This document shows, piece by piece, positions 9,261-18,514 of a stretch of DNA of 64,000 bases. Origin of the DNA: an uncultured bacterium (lineage in GTDB: Bacteria; Planctomycetota; Phycisphaerae; SM23-33; FEN-1343); the NCBI GenBank assembly GCA_965372365.1, contig CBDVCA010000001.1, positions 5,810-69,809 of the forward strand, read 5' to 3'. The notes under the pieces are model-generated. The model made no database searches, was not told the origin of the DNA, and worked only from the letters and a program-made list of their open reading frames with translations. Each line of letters begins with the position of its first letter. The stretch's first letter is position 1. The position numbers and the translations under genes are program-made.

Positions 9261-10253
9261 ATGAGTGCTCCGATGAATGTCCAACCTCTCCGGATCGGCC
9301 CGATCGAATTGACCGCCCCGGCGGTGCTGGCCCCGCTGGCCGGGTATACCGATCTGTCGTACCGGCTCGTCTGCCGACGGCTGGGCGCCGAGTATTGCGC
9401 GACCGAGGTGACGCTGGACACGTCGATCAACCAAGGCGAAAAACTCCGCCGCAAGCTTATACAGATCCCCGACGAGGACCACCTCATCGCCGGTCAGATT
9501 ATGGGCCGCGAACCGGCGTCGGTGGCCGAGGCCGCCGGGCGCGTTGTGGCCATGGGCGCCGACGTGATCGATCTGAACTTCGCCTGCCCGGTCCGCAAGG
9601 CCCTTCGGCGCCGTCGCGGCGGGCACATGATGCGAGCGCCGCAAACCGCCATCGCCACGCTCAAAGCGGTCGCCGAGGAGGTCGATGTACCGCTGACGGT
9701 GAAACTTCGACGGAGCTTCGACGACGATGATACGACCCACGACGCGTTCTGGCGAATCGCCGAGGCGGCCTTCGACCTCGGATTCGCCGCCATCTGCGTC
9801 CACGGCCGCTCCGTCCGCGCCGGCTACGGCGGCCCGGCCGATTGGGCGTTCCTCGCGAGCGTCAAACGCCGCTTCGCCGACCGGGTCGTCATCGGATCCG
9901 GCGACCTCATGACCGCCGCCGACGGCGTCCGCATGCTGGTCGAAACCGGCGTCGACGGCGTCTCCTTCGCCCGCGGCGCCCTGGGCAACCCCTGGATCTT
10001 CGGCCAGTTCCGCCAACTCCTCGCCGGTCAACCGGCCGCGGCTCCGACCGTGGTCGAGCAGGCCCGGGTGCTCCGCGAGCATTACGCCATGTGCCTGGAG
10101 TTCTTCGGCCCGCGAAACGGCCCGGCCATGATGAACCGCTTCGGCATCCGCTACGCCAAGGTCCACCCCACCCCCCGTCCGGTCCGCACCGCCTTCATCC
10201 AGTCCGACTGCGGCAAGGACATCCCGAAAATCCTCGACACGTACTACGCGTAG
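9261..10253 (+). CDS. tRNA-dihydrouridine synthase (Dus family)
   Basis: LAPLAGYTDLSYR, GQIMGREP, DVIDLNFACPVRK motifs. TATACT lies 7 nt upstream of the ATG, which may indicate a leaderless start. Confidence 0.85.
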   Translation: MSAPMNVQPLRIGPIELTAPAVLAPLAGYTDLSYRLVCRRLGAEYCATEVTLDTSINQGEKLRRKLIQIPDEDHLIAGQIMGREPASVAEAAGRVVAMGADVIDLNFACPVRKALRRRRGGHMMRAPQTAIATLKAVAEEVDVPLTVKLRRSFDDDDTTHDAFWRIAEAAFDLGFAAICVHGRSVRAGYGGPADWAFLASVKRRFADRVVIGSGDLMTAADGVRMLVETGVDGVSFARGALGNPWIFGQFRQLLAGQPAAAPTVVEQARVLREHYAMCLEFFGPRNGPAMMNRFGIRYAKVHPTPRPVRTAFIQSDCGKDIPKILDTYYA

Positions 10254-10305
10254 GACTCTGTCCCATCGACAATGTGGAGTTGGCTGGCTTCCCGTTGAGG
10301 CGCCG

Positions 10306-11610
10306 TCATGGCCGCCGCGTCGGTCGACCGATAATCAGCCAGGCGTATTTGCCGCCGATGATGGACAGCAGGTTCGCTCCGGGGGGAACCAGGCGGATCA
10401 TCATCGCCACGATAGCGGCGACGACGCCGGCGATGAAGCCGCCGATGTGAGCCCAGTGAGCGGTGCCGGATTCCAACTTGGCGGCCACGTACAGCACGTC
10501 GAATGCAATATAGGCGCCCACGACGATGATGCCCGGCAACGAGAAGATCTTCTTGAACAGTCTGAACCCTGTGATGAGCCCCATCCGTAACCATACGACC
10601 ATATGGACTTTCTGGAGCGGGAACAGGATCAGGTACAACCCGCACATCCCCATGACGGCCCCGGAGGCGCCGAGCATGGGGATCGGCACGCCGCCGGAAA
10701 CCGAGGCCATGTGAGCCCACCCTGCGATCACCCCCAGCAACGGGTAGAGGATCAGCGTGGGAACATTGCCGATGACGCTGTTCACACGCGTACCGAACAC
10801 GATCAGGAACAGCATGTTGCCAGCCAAGTGCAGCAGCCCCCCGTGCAGGAATGCGTGGGTAATGAGCTGCAACGGCTGGAACTGACCGATCTCTCCCGAC
10901 AGTTCATAGGTCAGATCATCGACGGCCGCATCAAGCTCGGAACGATCGACAGTATCTGAGGTTCCGTCTGCGTACTCGACCTCCCCGACCGCCGGGTTTT
11001 CATCGAAGAACGCCTCGTCCACACCGGCGTCGATATAGGCCGCGACAGCGTATTCCCGGGCCGACATGGCGTCATTGTCCCAGAGCATCAAGTTCATTGC
11101 GGCCTTGCCGTCGCCGCCCATGTTGGCCGCGAAGAACCCCACGCTGGCCAAGACCGTAATCGCGAAGATCAGCCACGTAGCCACCGGCCGTTTGCCCCCG
11201 CCGGCCTCGGCGGCGATCGGATGCAGCCCTGTCGGGAACAACCAACTGAGCCAGCCGACAATGGTCTCGGCCCGGGTGTAGAGGTCGTCCAGATCGGGCT
11301 CGAATGATGTCATGACAGGCCGACCGCTGCTCGCCTTCACGCCGCAACGGACGCAGATCACAGCATTGGCCGCCAAGGTCTGATCGCAACTGGGGCATAT
11401 CGACCTGCCGCCGGAGGACCGGGAGACCTTGGCGGTGGGGATCGGAGTCGCCATGCGGGGATCGATCAACTCCTCGGCGAAATCGAGTTCAGCCTCCGGC
11501 GAGGGAATGGCCAGCGCCGCGCCGCACTTGGGGCACTTACCTTTCTTGCCGGCCTTGGAGTCGTCAACTTTGAAGTTGGCGCCGCATCCATTACACGCGA
11601 ATCGGATCAT
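10306..11610 (-). CDS. Rhomboid-family intramembrane serine protease with N-terminal zinc-ribbon domain
   Basis: Start MIRFACNGCGANFKVDDSKAGKKGKCPKCGA (MJ0042-type ribbon) with AAAGGG upstream. A second CxxC pair (CPSCDQ...CVRCG). Rhomboid GASGAVMG and AHIGGFIAG motifs. Confidence 0.8.
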   Translation of the reverse strand: MIRFACNGCGANFKVDDSKAGKKGKCPKCGAALAIPSPEAELDFAEELIDPRMATPIPTAKVSRSSGGRSICPSCDQTLAANAVICVRCGVKASSGRPVMTSFEPDLDDLYTRAETIVGWLSWLFPTGLHPIAAEAGGGKRPVATWLIFAITVLASVGFFAANMGGDGKAAMNLMLWDNDAMSAREYAVAAYIDAGVDEAFFDENPAVGEVEYADGTSDTVDRSELDAAVDDLTYELSGEIGQFQPLQLITHAFLHGGLLHLAGNMLFLIVFGTRVNSVIGNVPTLILYPLLGVIAGWAHMASVSGGVPIPMLGASGAVMGMCGLYLILFPLQKVHMVVWLRMGLITGFRLFKKIFSLPGIIVVGAYIAFDVLYVAAKLESGTAHWAHIGGFIAGVVAAIVAMMIRLVPPGANLLSIIGGKYAWLIIGRPTRRP

Positions 11611-11940
11611 CACCAGCCCTTTCGTGGTAGTTATATGCACAGGCCGCGATATGTCTGAGGCCCGGACCGGCGTAGGAGGCGAGCCCCCAAGCGATGCCCC
11701 AGTCAGAATGGAATCGGTCATCTGCCCGCGATGAAGACAATCTCACCCTCTCCGCAAGACGCCTGCCATGCATCGCCACACACCAGTGTACTCACCTCGC
11801 CCCCGCCGTCAACACCGCCGGGGGGACGGGCCTGCGCCGTCTCGATCCACGGACCGCTGTCGCGGCCCTGGTATTCTGTCCCTGGCATGAAGTCCAGCAT
11901 GAGATTATCTCCGCTTGGGCGCCGCGGGTTGCCCGAGCCA

Positions 11941-12030
11941 AGCGTGAGCGAGAACGAGCGTGGCGAGAACGAGCGTGGCGATGACGTTGAAGCAGCCATG
12001 GCAGTTCTGTGGCGATCGAAACGGACAATG
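11941..12030 (+). repeat. Conserved hairpin module, copy B (internal duplication of gagaacgagcgtggc; stem 11995..12013 kept by two G-U wobbles)
   Basis: gtgagcgagaacgagcgtggcg[agaacgagcgtggcg]atgacgttgaagcagccatggc-agtt-ctgtggcgatcgaaacggac. Lies in the roughly 500-bp rhomboid/nth intergenic region; no convincing CDS. Confidence 0.6.
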
Positions 12031-12401
12031 CCAGAAGGACTACCAGGCGCGCGATCCTCGCCATCGCATTCTTCATTGGCTCGGGGCCGCCGCGGTCGCG
12101 TCGGCGATGGAGTCACGACCGGTCCATCACCCCTCGCCCCCACGGGCACAGTTCCAACAGCCGACAATCGTCGCAACGCGGGCTCCTCGCCCGGCACACG
12201 GCTCGGCCGTGGGCGATCAGCAACAGGTGCATCGCGTACCGGTCCCGGGGGCGAATCAACGGGGTCAGCAAGTCGTGGGCCGCCTCGGCCGACGTTCCGG
12301 CAGGAAGAACCTCCAGGCGAATGGCGATGCGGAGAATGTGGGTGTCGACCGGAAAGACCGGCATACCGAAGCTGAACATCAACACGCAATAGGCGGTCTT
12401 A

Positions 12402-12559
12402 GAGCACTTTGCATAATAGATGTCGTGTTCAGGCGTAGGTGAGGACGAGGCTGGCAAGGACGTTGAAGCAGCCATAGCCTTTGCTATGGCGATGGAAACG
12501 GACGCCGCCAACCGATGCCGCAACCAGCATGAAGGCGACAGGTATTATGCAAAGTGCTC
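12402..12559. mobile_element. Element X: 158-bp TA-flanked element with perfect 17-bp TIRs (gagcactttgcataata / tattatgcaaagtgctc), carrying hairpin-module copy C
   Basis: TA at 12400-12401 and 12560-12561. Inserted in nth immediately next to MITE-a copy 2. Confidence 0.65.
12433..12505 (+). repeat. Conserved hairpin module, copy C (inside element X): gtaggtgaggacgaggctggcaaggacgttgaagcagccatagc-cttt-gctatggcgatggaaacggac
   Basis: Stem 12471..12490, perfect 8 bp with a 4-nt loop. A one-base loop-length difference from copy B shifts the reading frame while the nucleotide sequence stays conserved. Confidence 0.6.
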
Positions 12560-12561
12560 TA

Positions 12562-12724
12562 GTACCCTGTCCCAGCAATACTGTGGTGTTCTGACTTGCG
12601 GCGATGATGCGTCTGCTGCGTCAGAAAAGCTCGGCATATCAACCAATATGCCGTCACTTTTCTTCCTTACATCCACATCACCGGCGCGGCGTCATAACAC
12701 CACATTATCCCTGGGACAGAGTAC
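12562..12724 (-). mobile_element. MITE-a copy 2 (163 bp, inverted relative to copy 1), flanked by TA (12560-12561 and 12725-12726); inserted in nth
   Basis: Termini gtaccctgtcccag...ctgggacagagtac. Core (reverse complement) gatgtaaggaagaaaagtgacggcatattggttgatatgccgagcttttctgacgcagcag matches the copy 1 core. The TIR arms differ from copy 1 but stay mutually complementary. Confidence 0.75.
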
Positions 12725-13215
12725 TAGGGCCGACGCCCTTGAAACGGCATAGATACTCGAACGCCGCGGCGGGGGTCGCGTCGCCCAGAAAAGCCAAATC
12801 GATCGCTCCCCGCTCGGCGCGGATGTCGCGGAGGATCTTTCTGATTCGAGGCGCCTTCTGGCGTGACAAGCCGCTGACGCGAATGCATCGCTCGATGCGC
12901 CCGACCGGGACGTCGGCCGCGGCGTCCCAGGTGGACTCGGCGCCCGAGAACGATTCGACAAGCCGTCGGTATCCCGCTCGACTGTTCGCGCGGCTGGTCG
13001 ACTGCGACAAGATCGTCCCGATCAACACGTCGACCGGCGGACCGTGCGATTCCCACGAACGCCGACCGTACTGGTCGACCAAGCGGCAAAGGACATCGGC
13101 CAGAAGGCGACGGGATGTGAGGGCCGTGGGCATGGTGACGGTTCCGAGAATGCTTGCTCCGGCGAAGGGCGATCCAGGTGCCGACCGCCATCAAGCGCCG
13201 AAGACCGCTGCGCGT

Positions 13216-14739
13216 CTACTCAGATCGGACCTTTTCGGCGGCCATCCGGACGGCGCGGCGGCGGAGCCATTGCATGCGGAAGCTCAGAATACTGACGTAG
13301 TAGAAACCGACGGTGAAGATCACCAGGAATGGCGCGCCCATCAGCGACCGAGCGTCCAGCAAGGAGAAGACCGTGCAGACCGTCAGGTAGATCGCGAACA
13401 ACAGTTCCAGCCAGGGGACGATATCGAACTTCCTCGCCGTCGATGAAGGCTCGTCGGTCGCGTAGATATCGACGCCTTCGCCGACCTTGGGCGTGCGGAC
13501 GAACTCGCTCTGGCGGCCGAACAGGGCCTCCAGCACGGCCTTGGTGTTGGAGACGCACATCCCCACTCCCAGCGCCATCAGGAACGGTAGATACTTCAAC
13601 GTGGTTCGCCACGAACCGAACAGTTCCTGTTGACTGCACACGTAAAACGTGCTCGCCGACAGCGTGGCCAGCGAGAAAATGCTGATATCGAACATCATCC
13701 GCCACGGCGTTCCGTCGGCCAGCGGGACCGACTGAATGAACATCGCCGGAAACAGCATCATCACCAGGATCGCCATGTACAGGTGCACGGTAAAACTGGT
13801 CAGGTGGAACGTCGCCTCGATCTTGGCCTTCAACGGAGCGTTCGACATCCAAATTCGCGGCAACAGTTTCAACGCCGTCTGCGTGCCGCCCTTGGTCCAG
13901 CGATGCTGCTGGGCCTTGAACGCGTTGATGTCCGGGGGCAGTTCGGCCGGGGCGCCTAACTCCGGAAGAAAGATGAACGTCCAGCCGCGAAGTTGGGCGC
14001 GGTAGCTGAGATCCATGTCCTCGGTGAGCGTGTCGTGCTGCCAGCCGCCGGCGTCGGCGATGGCCTCGCGGCGCCAGGTTCCGGCGGTGCCGTTGAAACT
14101 CATGAACCGCCCGCTGCGGTTGCGGGCGACGTGCTCGATGACGAAATGGCCGTCGAGGAAGATCGCCTGCCCTCGCGTCAGGAGGCTGTCCTTGCGATTG
14201 AGGTGCTCCCACCGCGTCTGAACGACGCAGACCTTCGGATCGGTGAAATAATGAATGCTCCGCCGAAGGATGCTGGGCTCGGGAATGAAGTCGGCGTCGA
14301 AGATCGTTACGAACTCGCCGGTGGCGCTGGTGAGCCCGTTGGCCAGAGCGCCAGCCTTGAACCCGGTGCGATTGCCGCGGTGGATATACTGAATATCGAC
14401 GCCCGCGGCCCGCGCCTTCTCGACGGCCGCCGTTGCGATGACGACGGTTTCGTCGGTGCTGTCGTCGAGGACCTGTATCTGCATCTTCTGACGAGGATAA
14501 TCGATCTTGCAGGCCTCTTCGATGATCCTGCGTGCGACGTACTTCTCGTTGTACATCGGCAACTGCACCGTCACCAGCGGCAGTTCATCGAAATTGTTGC
14601 GAGGCACGCTGGGCCGATTGCGATGGCGGTAGTACAGGTAGACCAGCGACCAGCGGTGGAAGCCGAAGATCGAGACTGCAACCAGGACGACGGTATACAG
14701 TGTCATGAACAGCGCGTGTAGTAGTGCCGAAAAAGTCAT
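13216..14739 (-). CDS. Family 2 glycosyltransferase, processive type (cellulose synthase/PgaC/NodC-like), membrane-embedded
   Basis: DDSTDET, FDADF (DxD), QQHRW (QxxRW) motifs, with N- and C-terminal TM helices. Confidence 0.8.
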   Translation of the reverse strand: MTFSALLHALFMTLYTVVLVAVSIFGFHRWSLVYLYYRHRNRPSVPRNNFDELPLVTVQLPMYNEKYVARRIIEEACKIDYPRQKMQIQVLDDSTDETVVIATAAVEKARAAGVDIQYIHRGNRTGFKAGALANGLTSATGEFVTIFDADFIPEPSILRRSIHYFTDPKVCVVQTRWEHLNRKDSLLTRGQAIFLDGHFVIEHVARNRSGRFMSFNGTAGTWRREAIADAGGWQHDTLTEDMDLSYRAQLRGWTFIFLPELGAPAELPPDINAFKAQQHRWTKGGTQTALKLLPRIWMSNAPLKAKIEATFHLTSFTVHLYMAILVMMLFPAMFIQSVPLADGTPWRMMFDISIFSLATLSASTFYVCSQQELFGSWRTTLKYLPFLMALGVGMCVSNTKAVLEALFGRQSEFVRTPKVGEGVDIYATDEPSSTARKFDIVPWLELLFAIYLTVCTVFSLLDARSLMGAPFLVIFTVGFYYVSILSFRMQWLRRRAVRMAAEKVRSE

Positions 14740-14937
14740 TTATGATCGCCGAGACAAAGGTATCCGGTTTCCCCCTCTCAGGCAACGAAACTCACCGTCG
14801 AGGTAACTGCCCGAGTCGGCCACACCCAACCGATTGTGGTGTAAGGATTATACGTGTACCGAACAAGCATCGTCAACCACCCCCGAGGCCGCTCCGACGC
14901 CGCGTTGGCGGCGACGTGCGTGAAAGGCTCAACGCCT

Positions 14938-15369
14938 CTAACCTTCCATCGCGGATCGGATCTTGGCCAGCATAGCCTCCTGCTGACCTTCGCCATATTC
15001 TCCCGCGGGCCAGTTGAACTGGAACGGATCGTCGCAATCACGTGGGATGATATGGAAATGAAGGTGCATCACCGCCTGCCCAGCCGCACGTCCGTTGTTC
15101 TGCAGTACGTTATAGCCGCTGCATTCGGTGGCTTGCCGCACCGCTCGACCGAGAGCGGGCAGGTGTCGCAGCATCAACCCGGCCTGGCTGGCGTTCATCT
15201 CGTCGAGGCGAACGATGTGACGCTTGGGAATCAGCAGAACATGCCCATCCGCCAGCGGAGCGACGTCCAGGAAGGCGAGGGCGTCGTCGGTTTCGAGAAC
15301 CTTCGCACACGGAATCTCACCGGCGACGATCTTGCAGAAGATGCAACTTGGATCTGCGTTGGGTTCCAT
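14938..15369 (-). CDS. HIT-family (histidine triad) nucleotide hydrolase
   Basis: CIFCKIVAGEIP...HLHFHIIPR histidine triad. Start MEPNADP with AGGAG upstream. Lies directly downstream of rplQ on the same strand. Confidence 0.85.
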   Translation of the reverse strand: MEPNADPSCIFCKIVAGEIPCAKVLETDDALAFLDVAPLADGHVLLIPKRHIVRLDEMNASQAGLMLRHLPALGRAVRQATECSGYNVLQNNGRAAGQAVMHLHFHIIPRDCDDPFQFNWPAGEYGEGQQEAMLAKIRSAMEG

Positions 15370-15476
15370 CCATCCGCTCCTACCTGTGCCGCATGCCGCC
15401 AAACGCCCCATCAAGCACGACGAGCCCGACCTCTAGAAGCCGGGCTCATCAGAATACTTGACCGATAGAGTCTTTG

Positions 15477-16103
15477 CTAGGCTTTCTTCTCGTCGTCGGC
15501 GTCGGCCGCCTCGGGGGCTTCGCCTTCGGCGGCGGCGGCCTCGGGAGCTTCGGCTTCGACGGCTTCGGTCGGCTCGTCGTCGACAGGCGCTTCGGCGACC
15601 GTCTCGCCGGTCCCGGCCGCGGCGGCGGCTTCGTGACGATTGACCGCTCGCTGCTTGCGACGAGAGTTGGAACCTCCGCCGGCTTCGGCTTTGATCTCTT
15701 CGACCAACTGCAGAATCACCTGCTTACCGCCGTCACCGAGCCGTCGCTCGGCGATGCGGATAATGCGGGTGTATCCGCCCGGGCGAGAGGCGTAGCGGGG
15801 GGCGATATCGTCGAAGAGGATCTGGAGAATCGTCTTATCCAGTTCGTTCTCGTCGCTGTCGTACAACACGCCGCGTTGCCCGCGACGGTTCCCCAACTCG
15901 GCGCTAACCAACCGCCTGGCGTGAAGGGTGCCCTTCCGCGCGGTGGTGATCAGCTTCTCGACGAAGGGTTTCAGCTCCTTCGCCTTGGCCTCGGTGGTGC
16001 GAATTGCCCCATGCTGGAACAGGCTGATGGCCATGTTACGGCGCAGCGCCTTCCTATGGGCAGAGTTACGATTTAAAATTCTTCCGCTAACGCGATGGCG
16101 CAT
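15477..16103 (-). CDS. rplQ: 50S ribosomal protein L17 with long acidic/Ala-rich C-terminal extension
   Basis: MRHRVSGRILNRNSAHRKALRRNMAISL. The tail is about 90 aa of E/A/P-rich sequence. Confidence 0.9.
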   Translation of the reverse strand: MRHRVSGRILNRNSAHRKALRRNMAISLFQHGAIRTTEAKAKELKPFVEKLITTARKGTLHARRLVSAELGNRRGQRGVLYDSDENELDKTILQILFDDIAPRYASRPGGYTRIIRIAERRLGDGGKQVILQLVEEIKAEAGGGSNSRRKQRAVNRHEAAAAAGTGETVAEAPVDDEPTEAVEAEAPEAAAAEGEAPEAADADDEKKA

Positions 16104-16160
16104 AATGGCAACCTTCAACAAGACTCATTCGATTCGGCGCCCGAGGGGGCCGGACCGATG

Positions 16161-17234
16161 CTATTGCATTTCCTCGTGGTTTGCATCACCGACGCCGTCG
16201 CCGTCGACGCCGTCATCATCATCAATTCCCAATATCTCGGGCATTTCCGGCAAGTTCACGTTCATCCCAAGCGTCAGTCCGATATCGGCCAGCTTGCGTT
16301 TGATCTCACGCAGGCTCGTCTTGCCGAAACTGCGAACCTTCAGCAACGTCGATTCGGACATCGAAGCCAACTGGCCCACGGTGCGGACCTCGGCCGACTC
16401 GAGGCAGTTGTTGGCGCGGACCGACAGATCCAACTCGCTGATCCGCATCGCCAGCTTTTCCTTCAGCTCCTGGTCCTCTTCGCTGGCCGGCTCCGGAGCC
16501 ACGCCAATGGGCAGATCGCTGCCGAGGTCGAAGTACTGAACGAACGGATTGAGGTGCTTGCGGAGGATCTTGGCCGATTCGACCACGGCCATCTCCGGCG
16601 TCACCGTTCCGTCGGTCCACACTTCCAGGATGAGGCGATCGTAGTTGGTCTTCTGCCCCACGCGCGTCGCTTCGGTTTCGTACCGCACACGCGTAACCGG
16701 CGAGAAGGAAGCGTCGACGTAAATGATGCCGATGTCCTGCTCGGCGTCAGCAGGCGCCAACTCGACGGCGGCCACGTACCCGCGCCCGCTATCGACGGTC
16801 ATCTCCATCTCGAAGTCGAGATCTTCCGAAAGCGTCGCCAAGATCAGATCGCGATTGATAATCTCGATGGCCGGATCGGCCTCGATCATATCCGCGGTCA
16901 CCGGACCCTTGGTCGAGCTGACAACCCGCATCGTTCTGACGCCGGGGTTGTGCATCTTGACGATCAAGCTCTTGACGTTCAGGATGATGTCGGTGACATC
17001 TTCCATCACGCCGGGCATCGATTGGAATTCGTGGAACGCCCCGGCGATCTTCACGCTCGTTACGGCCGCTCCCTGGATGCTCGACAGCAAGACGCGCCGC
17101 AAGGAGTTTCCGATCGTCGTGCCCAGCCCCCGTTCGAAGGGCTCGATCGTGAAACGATTGTACGTCGGGGTCGACACGTCTTGATCGCTGACCACACGCG
17201 TCGGTAATTCGAGACCACGCCACCGTATTCGCAT
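16161..17234 (-). CDS. rpoA: DNA-directed RNA polymerase subunit alpha
   Basis: Alpha N-terminal and C-terminal domain signatures (…GNSLRRVLLSSIQGAAVTSVKI…; …LSVRANNCLESAEVRTVGQL…). Confidence 0.9.
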   Translation of the reverse strand: MRIRWRGLELPTRVVSDQDVSTPTYNRFTIEPFERGLGTTIGNSLRRVLLSSIQGAAVTSVKIAGAFHEFQSMPGVMEDVTDIILNVKSLIVKMHNPGVRTMRVVSSTKGPVTADMIEADPAIEIINRDLILATLSEDLDFEMEMTVDSGRGYVAAVELAPADAEQDIGIIYVDASFSPVTRVRYETEATRVGQKTNYDRLILEVWTDGTVTPEMAVVESAKILRKHLNPFVQYFDLGSDLPIGVAPEPASEEDQELKEKLAMRISELDLSVRANNCLESAEVRTVGQLASMSESTLLKVRSFGKTSLREIKRKLADIGLTLGMNVNLPEMPEILGIDDDDGVDGDGVGDANHEEMQ

Positions 17235-17335
17235 CGGCTATTGCCTCCGTCCTCTGGACTTTCATGTTCGGCTGACGTTCCCGCCGATCGGCGGTCGTCA
17301 ACCAGGACCGTTTGCTCTTGGAACTCCCGAGGGAG

Positions 17336-17968
17336 TTACTGACTGCAAAACTCGACGATCAGATGGTCTTCGACGGGGATCTCAACGTCATCCCGCGTCG
17401 GCAAACCGACGACCGTACCTTCGAGCTTCGTCATGTCCAGGGTCAACCAGTTCTGAAGAACCGGAGCGCCCAACTCTTCCAGGTTCCGGCGGATCAGCCC
17501 CTGGCTACGGGGGTTGTCCTTGATCGTCACCACGTCGCCGACGTTCACCAGGCAACCCGGACGATCACACTTGCGACCGTTCACGTGAATGTGACCATGC
17601 ACCACGATCTGACGAGCCGCAGAACGAGAGGGCGCGAAGCCCATCTTGTGAACGGTGTTGTCAAGACGACGTTCGAGAATCACCAGGATCGCGACGCCCG
17701 TGTTGCCCTTGGCTCGCTCGGCCATGCGATAGTACCGCATGAACTGCTTATCCCAAACGCCATAGTATCGCTTGACCTTCTGCTTCTCCCGAAGCCGAAT
17801 GCCGTATTCGCTGGTGCGACTGCGACGCCACCCATGCTGGCCGGGGGCGTTATCATGGCCCTGCCGCTCCAGCGGATGCTTGGATGTGCGGGAACGGATG
17901 CCCTTGAGCATCAAGTTGACGCCCTCGCGGCGATCCAGCCGGAATTTCGGTCCTGTGTACCGTCCCAT
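17336..17968 (-). CDS. rpsD: 30S ribosomal protein S4
   Basis: Start MGRYTGPKFRLDRREG with AGGAG 5 nt upstream. Confidence 0.9.
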   Translation of the reverse strand: MGRYTGPKFRLDRREGVNLMLKGIRSRTSKHPLERQGHDNAPGQHGWRRSRTSEYGIRLREKQKVKRYYGVWDKQFMRYYRMAERAKGNTGVAILVILERRLDNTVHKMGFAPSRSAARQIVVHGHIHVNGRKCDRPGCLVNVGDVVTIKDNPRSQGLIRRNLEELGAPVLQNWLTLDMTKLEGTVVGLPTRDDVEIPVEDHLIVEFCSQ

Positions 17969-18079
17969 CTTTACTCCTACTCCTATGCGATCGTTCGATC
18001 CGCGGCGGACATCGCCGCGGCCGGTCGTGCGTGTGCTGACGGCCGGACCCACTTGGGCTACGCGGCCGCTTCAGACGAA

Positions 18080-18457
18080 TCAGACGCGGCGTTTCTTCCT
18101 CGGACGGCACCCGTTATGCGGCAACGGGGTGACGTCCTCGATGGACGAAATACGCATGCCGGCCGCCTGCAGGGCCGTCACGGCGCCTTCGCGACCGGGG
18201 CCGGGGCCGCTCACCCGAACCTCCAGTTCGGCCAGACCCATCTTGCGAGCCTTCACCGCACACTGCTCGGCCGCACGTTGAGCGGCGAACGGGGTGCTCT
18301 TGCGAGAGCCCTTGAACCCGACGGTGCCGGCGGAATCGAAGCAAAGCGTTTCGCCGTTCATGTCGGTGATCGTGATCAATGTATTGTTGAAGGACGCCTT
18401 CACATGGGCCACGCCCTTGGCGACATTCCGTCTGACTTTCTTGCGGGTCTTAGCCAT
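18080..18457 (-). CDS. rpsK: 30S ribosomal protein S11
   Basis: …[18 protein letters not shown]…. Confidence 0.92.
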   Translation of the reverse strand: MAKTRKKVRRNVAKGVAHVKASFNNTLITITDMNGETLCFDSAGTVGFKGSRKSTPFAAQRAAEQCAVKARKMGLAELEVRVSGPGPGREGAVTALQAAGMRISSIEDVTPLPHNGCRPRKKRRV

Positions 18458-18514
18458 ATGCTCTTCTGCGTTCCTATCCTGGGTCTACACGACCGCCGTC
18501 ATCGGCTGGACGTG

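Larger units (their letters stand above)
12113..13133 (-). pseudogene. nth: Endonuclease III (Nth, HhH-GPD plus [4Fe-4S]) split and frameshifted by a composite 323-bp insertion (element X plus MITE-a) at 12402..12724
   Basis: N-terminal half (ORF 12705..13133) ends LCRFKGVGP then reads STLSQG* into the MITE. C-terminal half (ORF 12113..12523, frame shifted by 1) reads KTAYCVLMFSFGMPVFPVDTHILRIAIRL...CRARSPRCDDCRLLELCP (FeS loop). Removing 12402..12724 and one TA restores ggc cct aag acc gcc = GVGPKTAY, the conserved HhH motif. Confidence 0.8.

Noticed and set aside
9104-9487. 127-aa minus ORF with a duplicated SARPGSFGGAE peptide
   Set aside because: It is a translation of the tandem 58-bp hairpin repeat in the rimO/dus intergenic region. 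No start context; overlaps the dus 5' end.
14739-14739. Alternative downstream Met (MTLYTV) as the GT2 start
   Set aside because: Neither candidate has a clear SD. The longer form adds only 11 hydrophobic residues consistent with TM1, so I kept the track coordinates.
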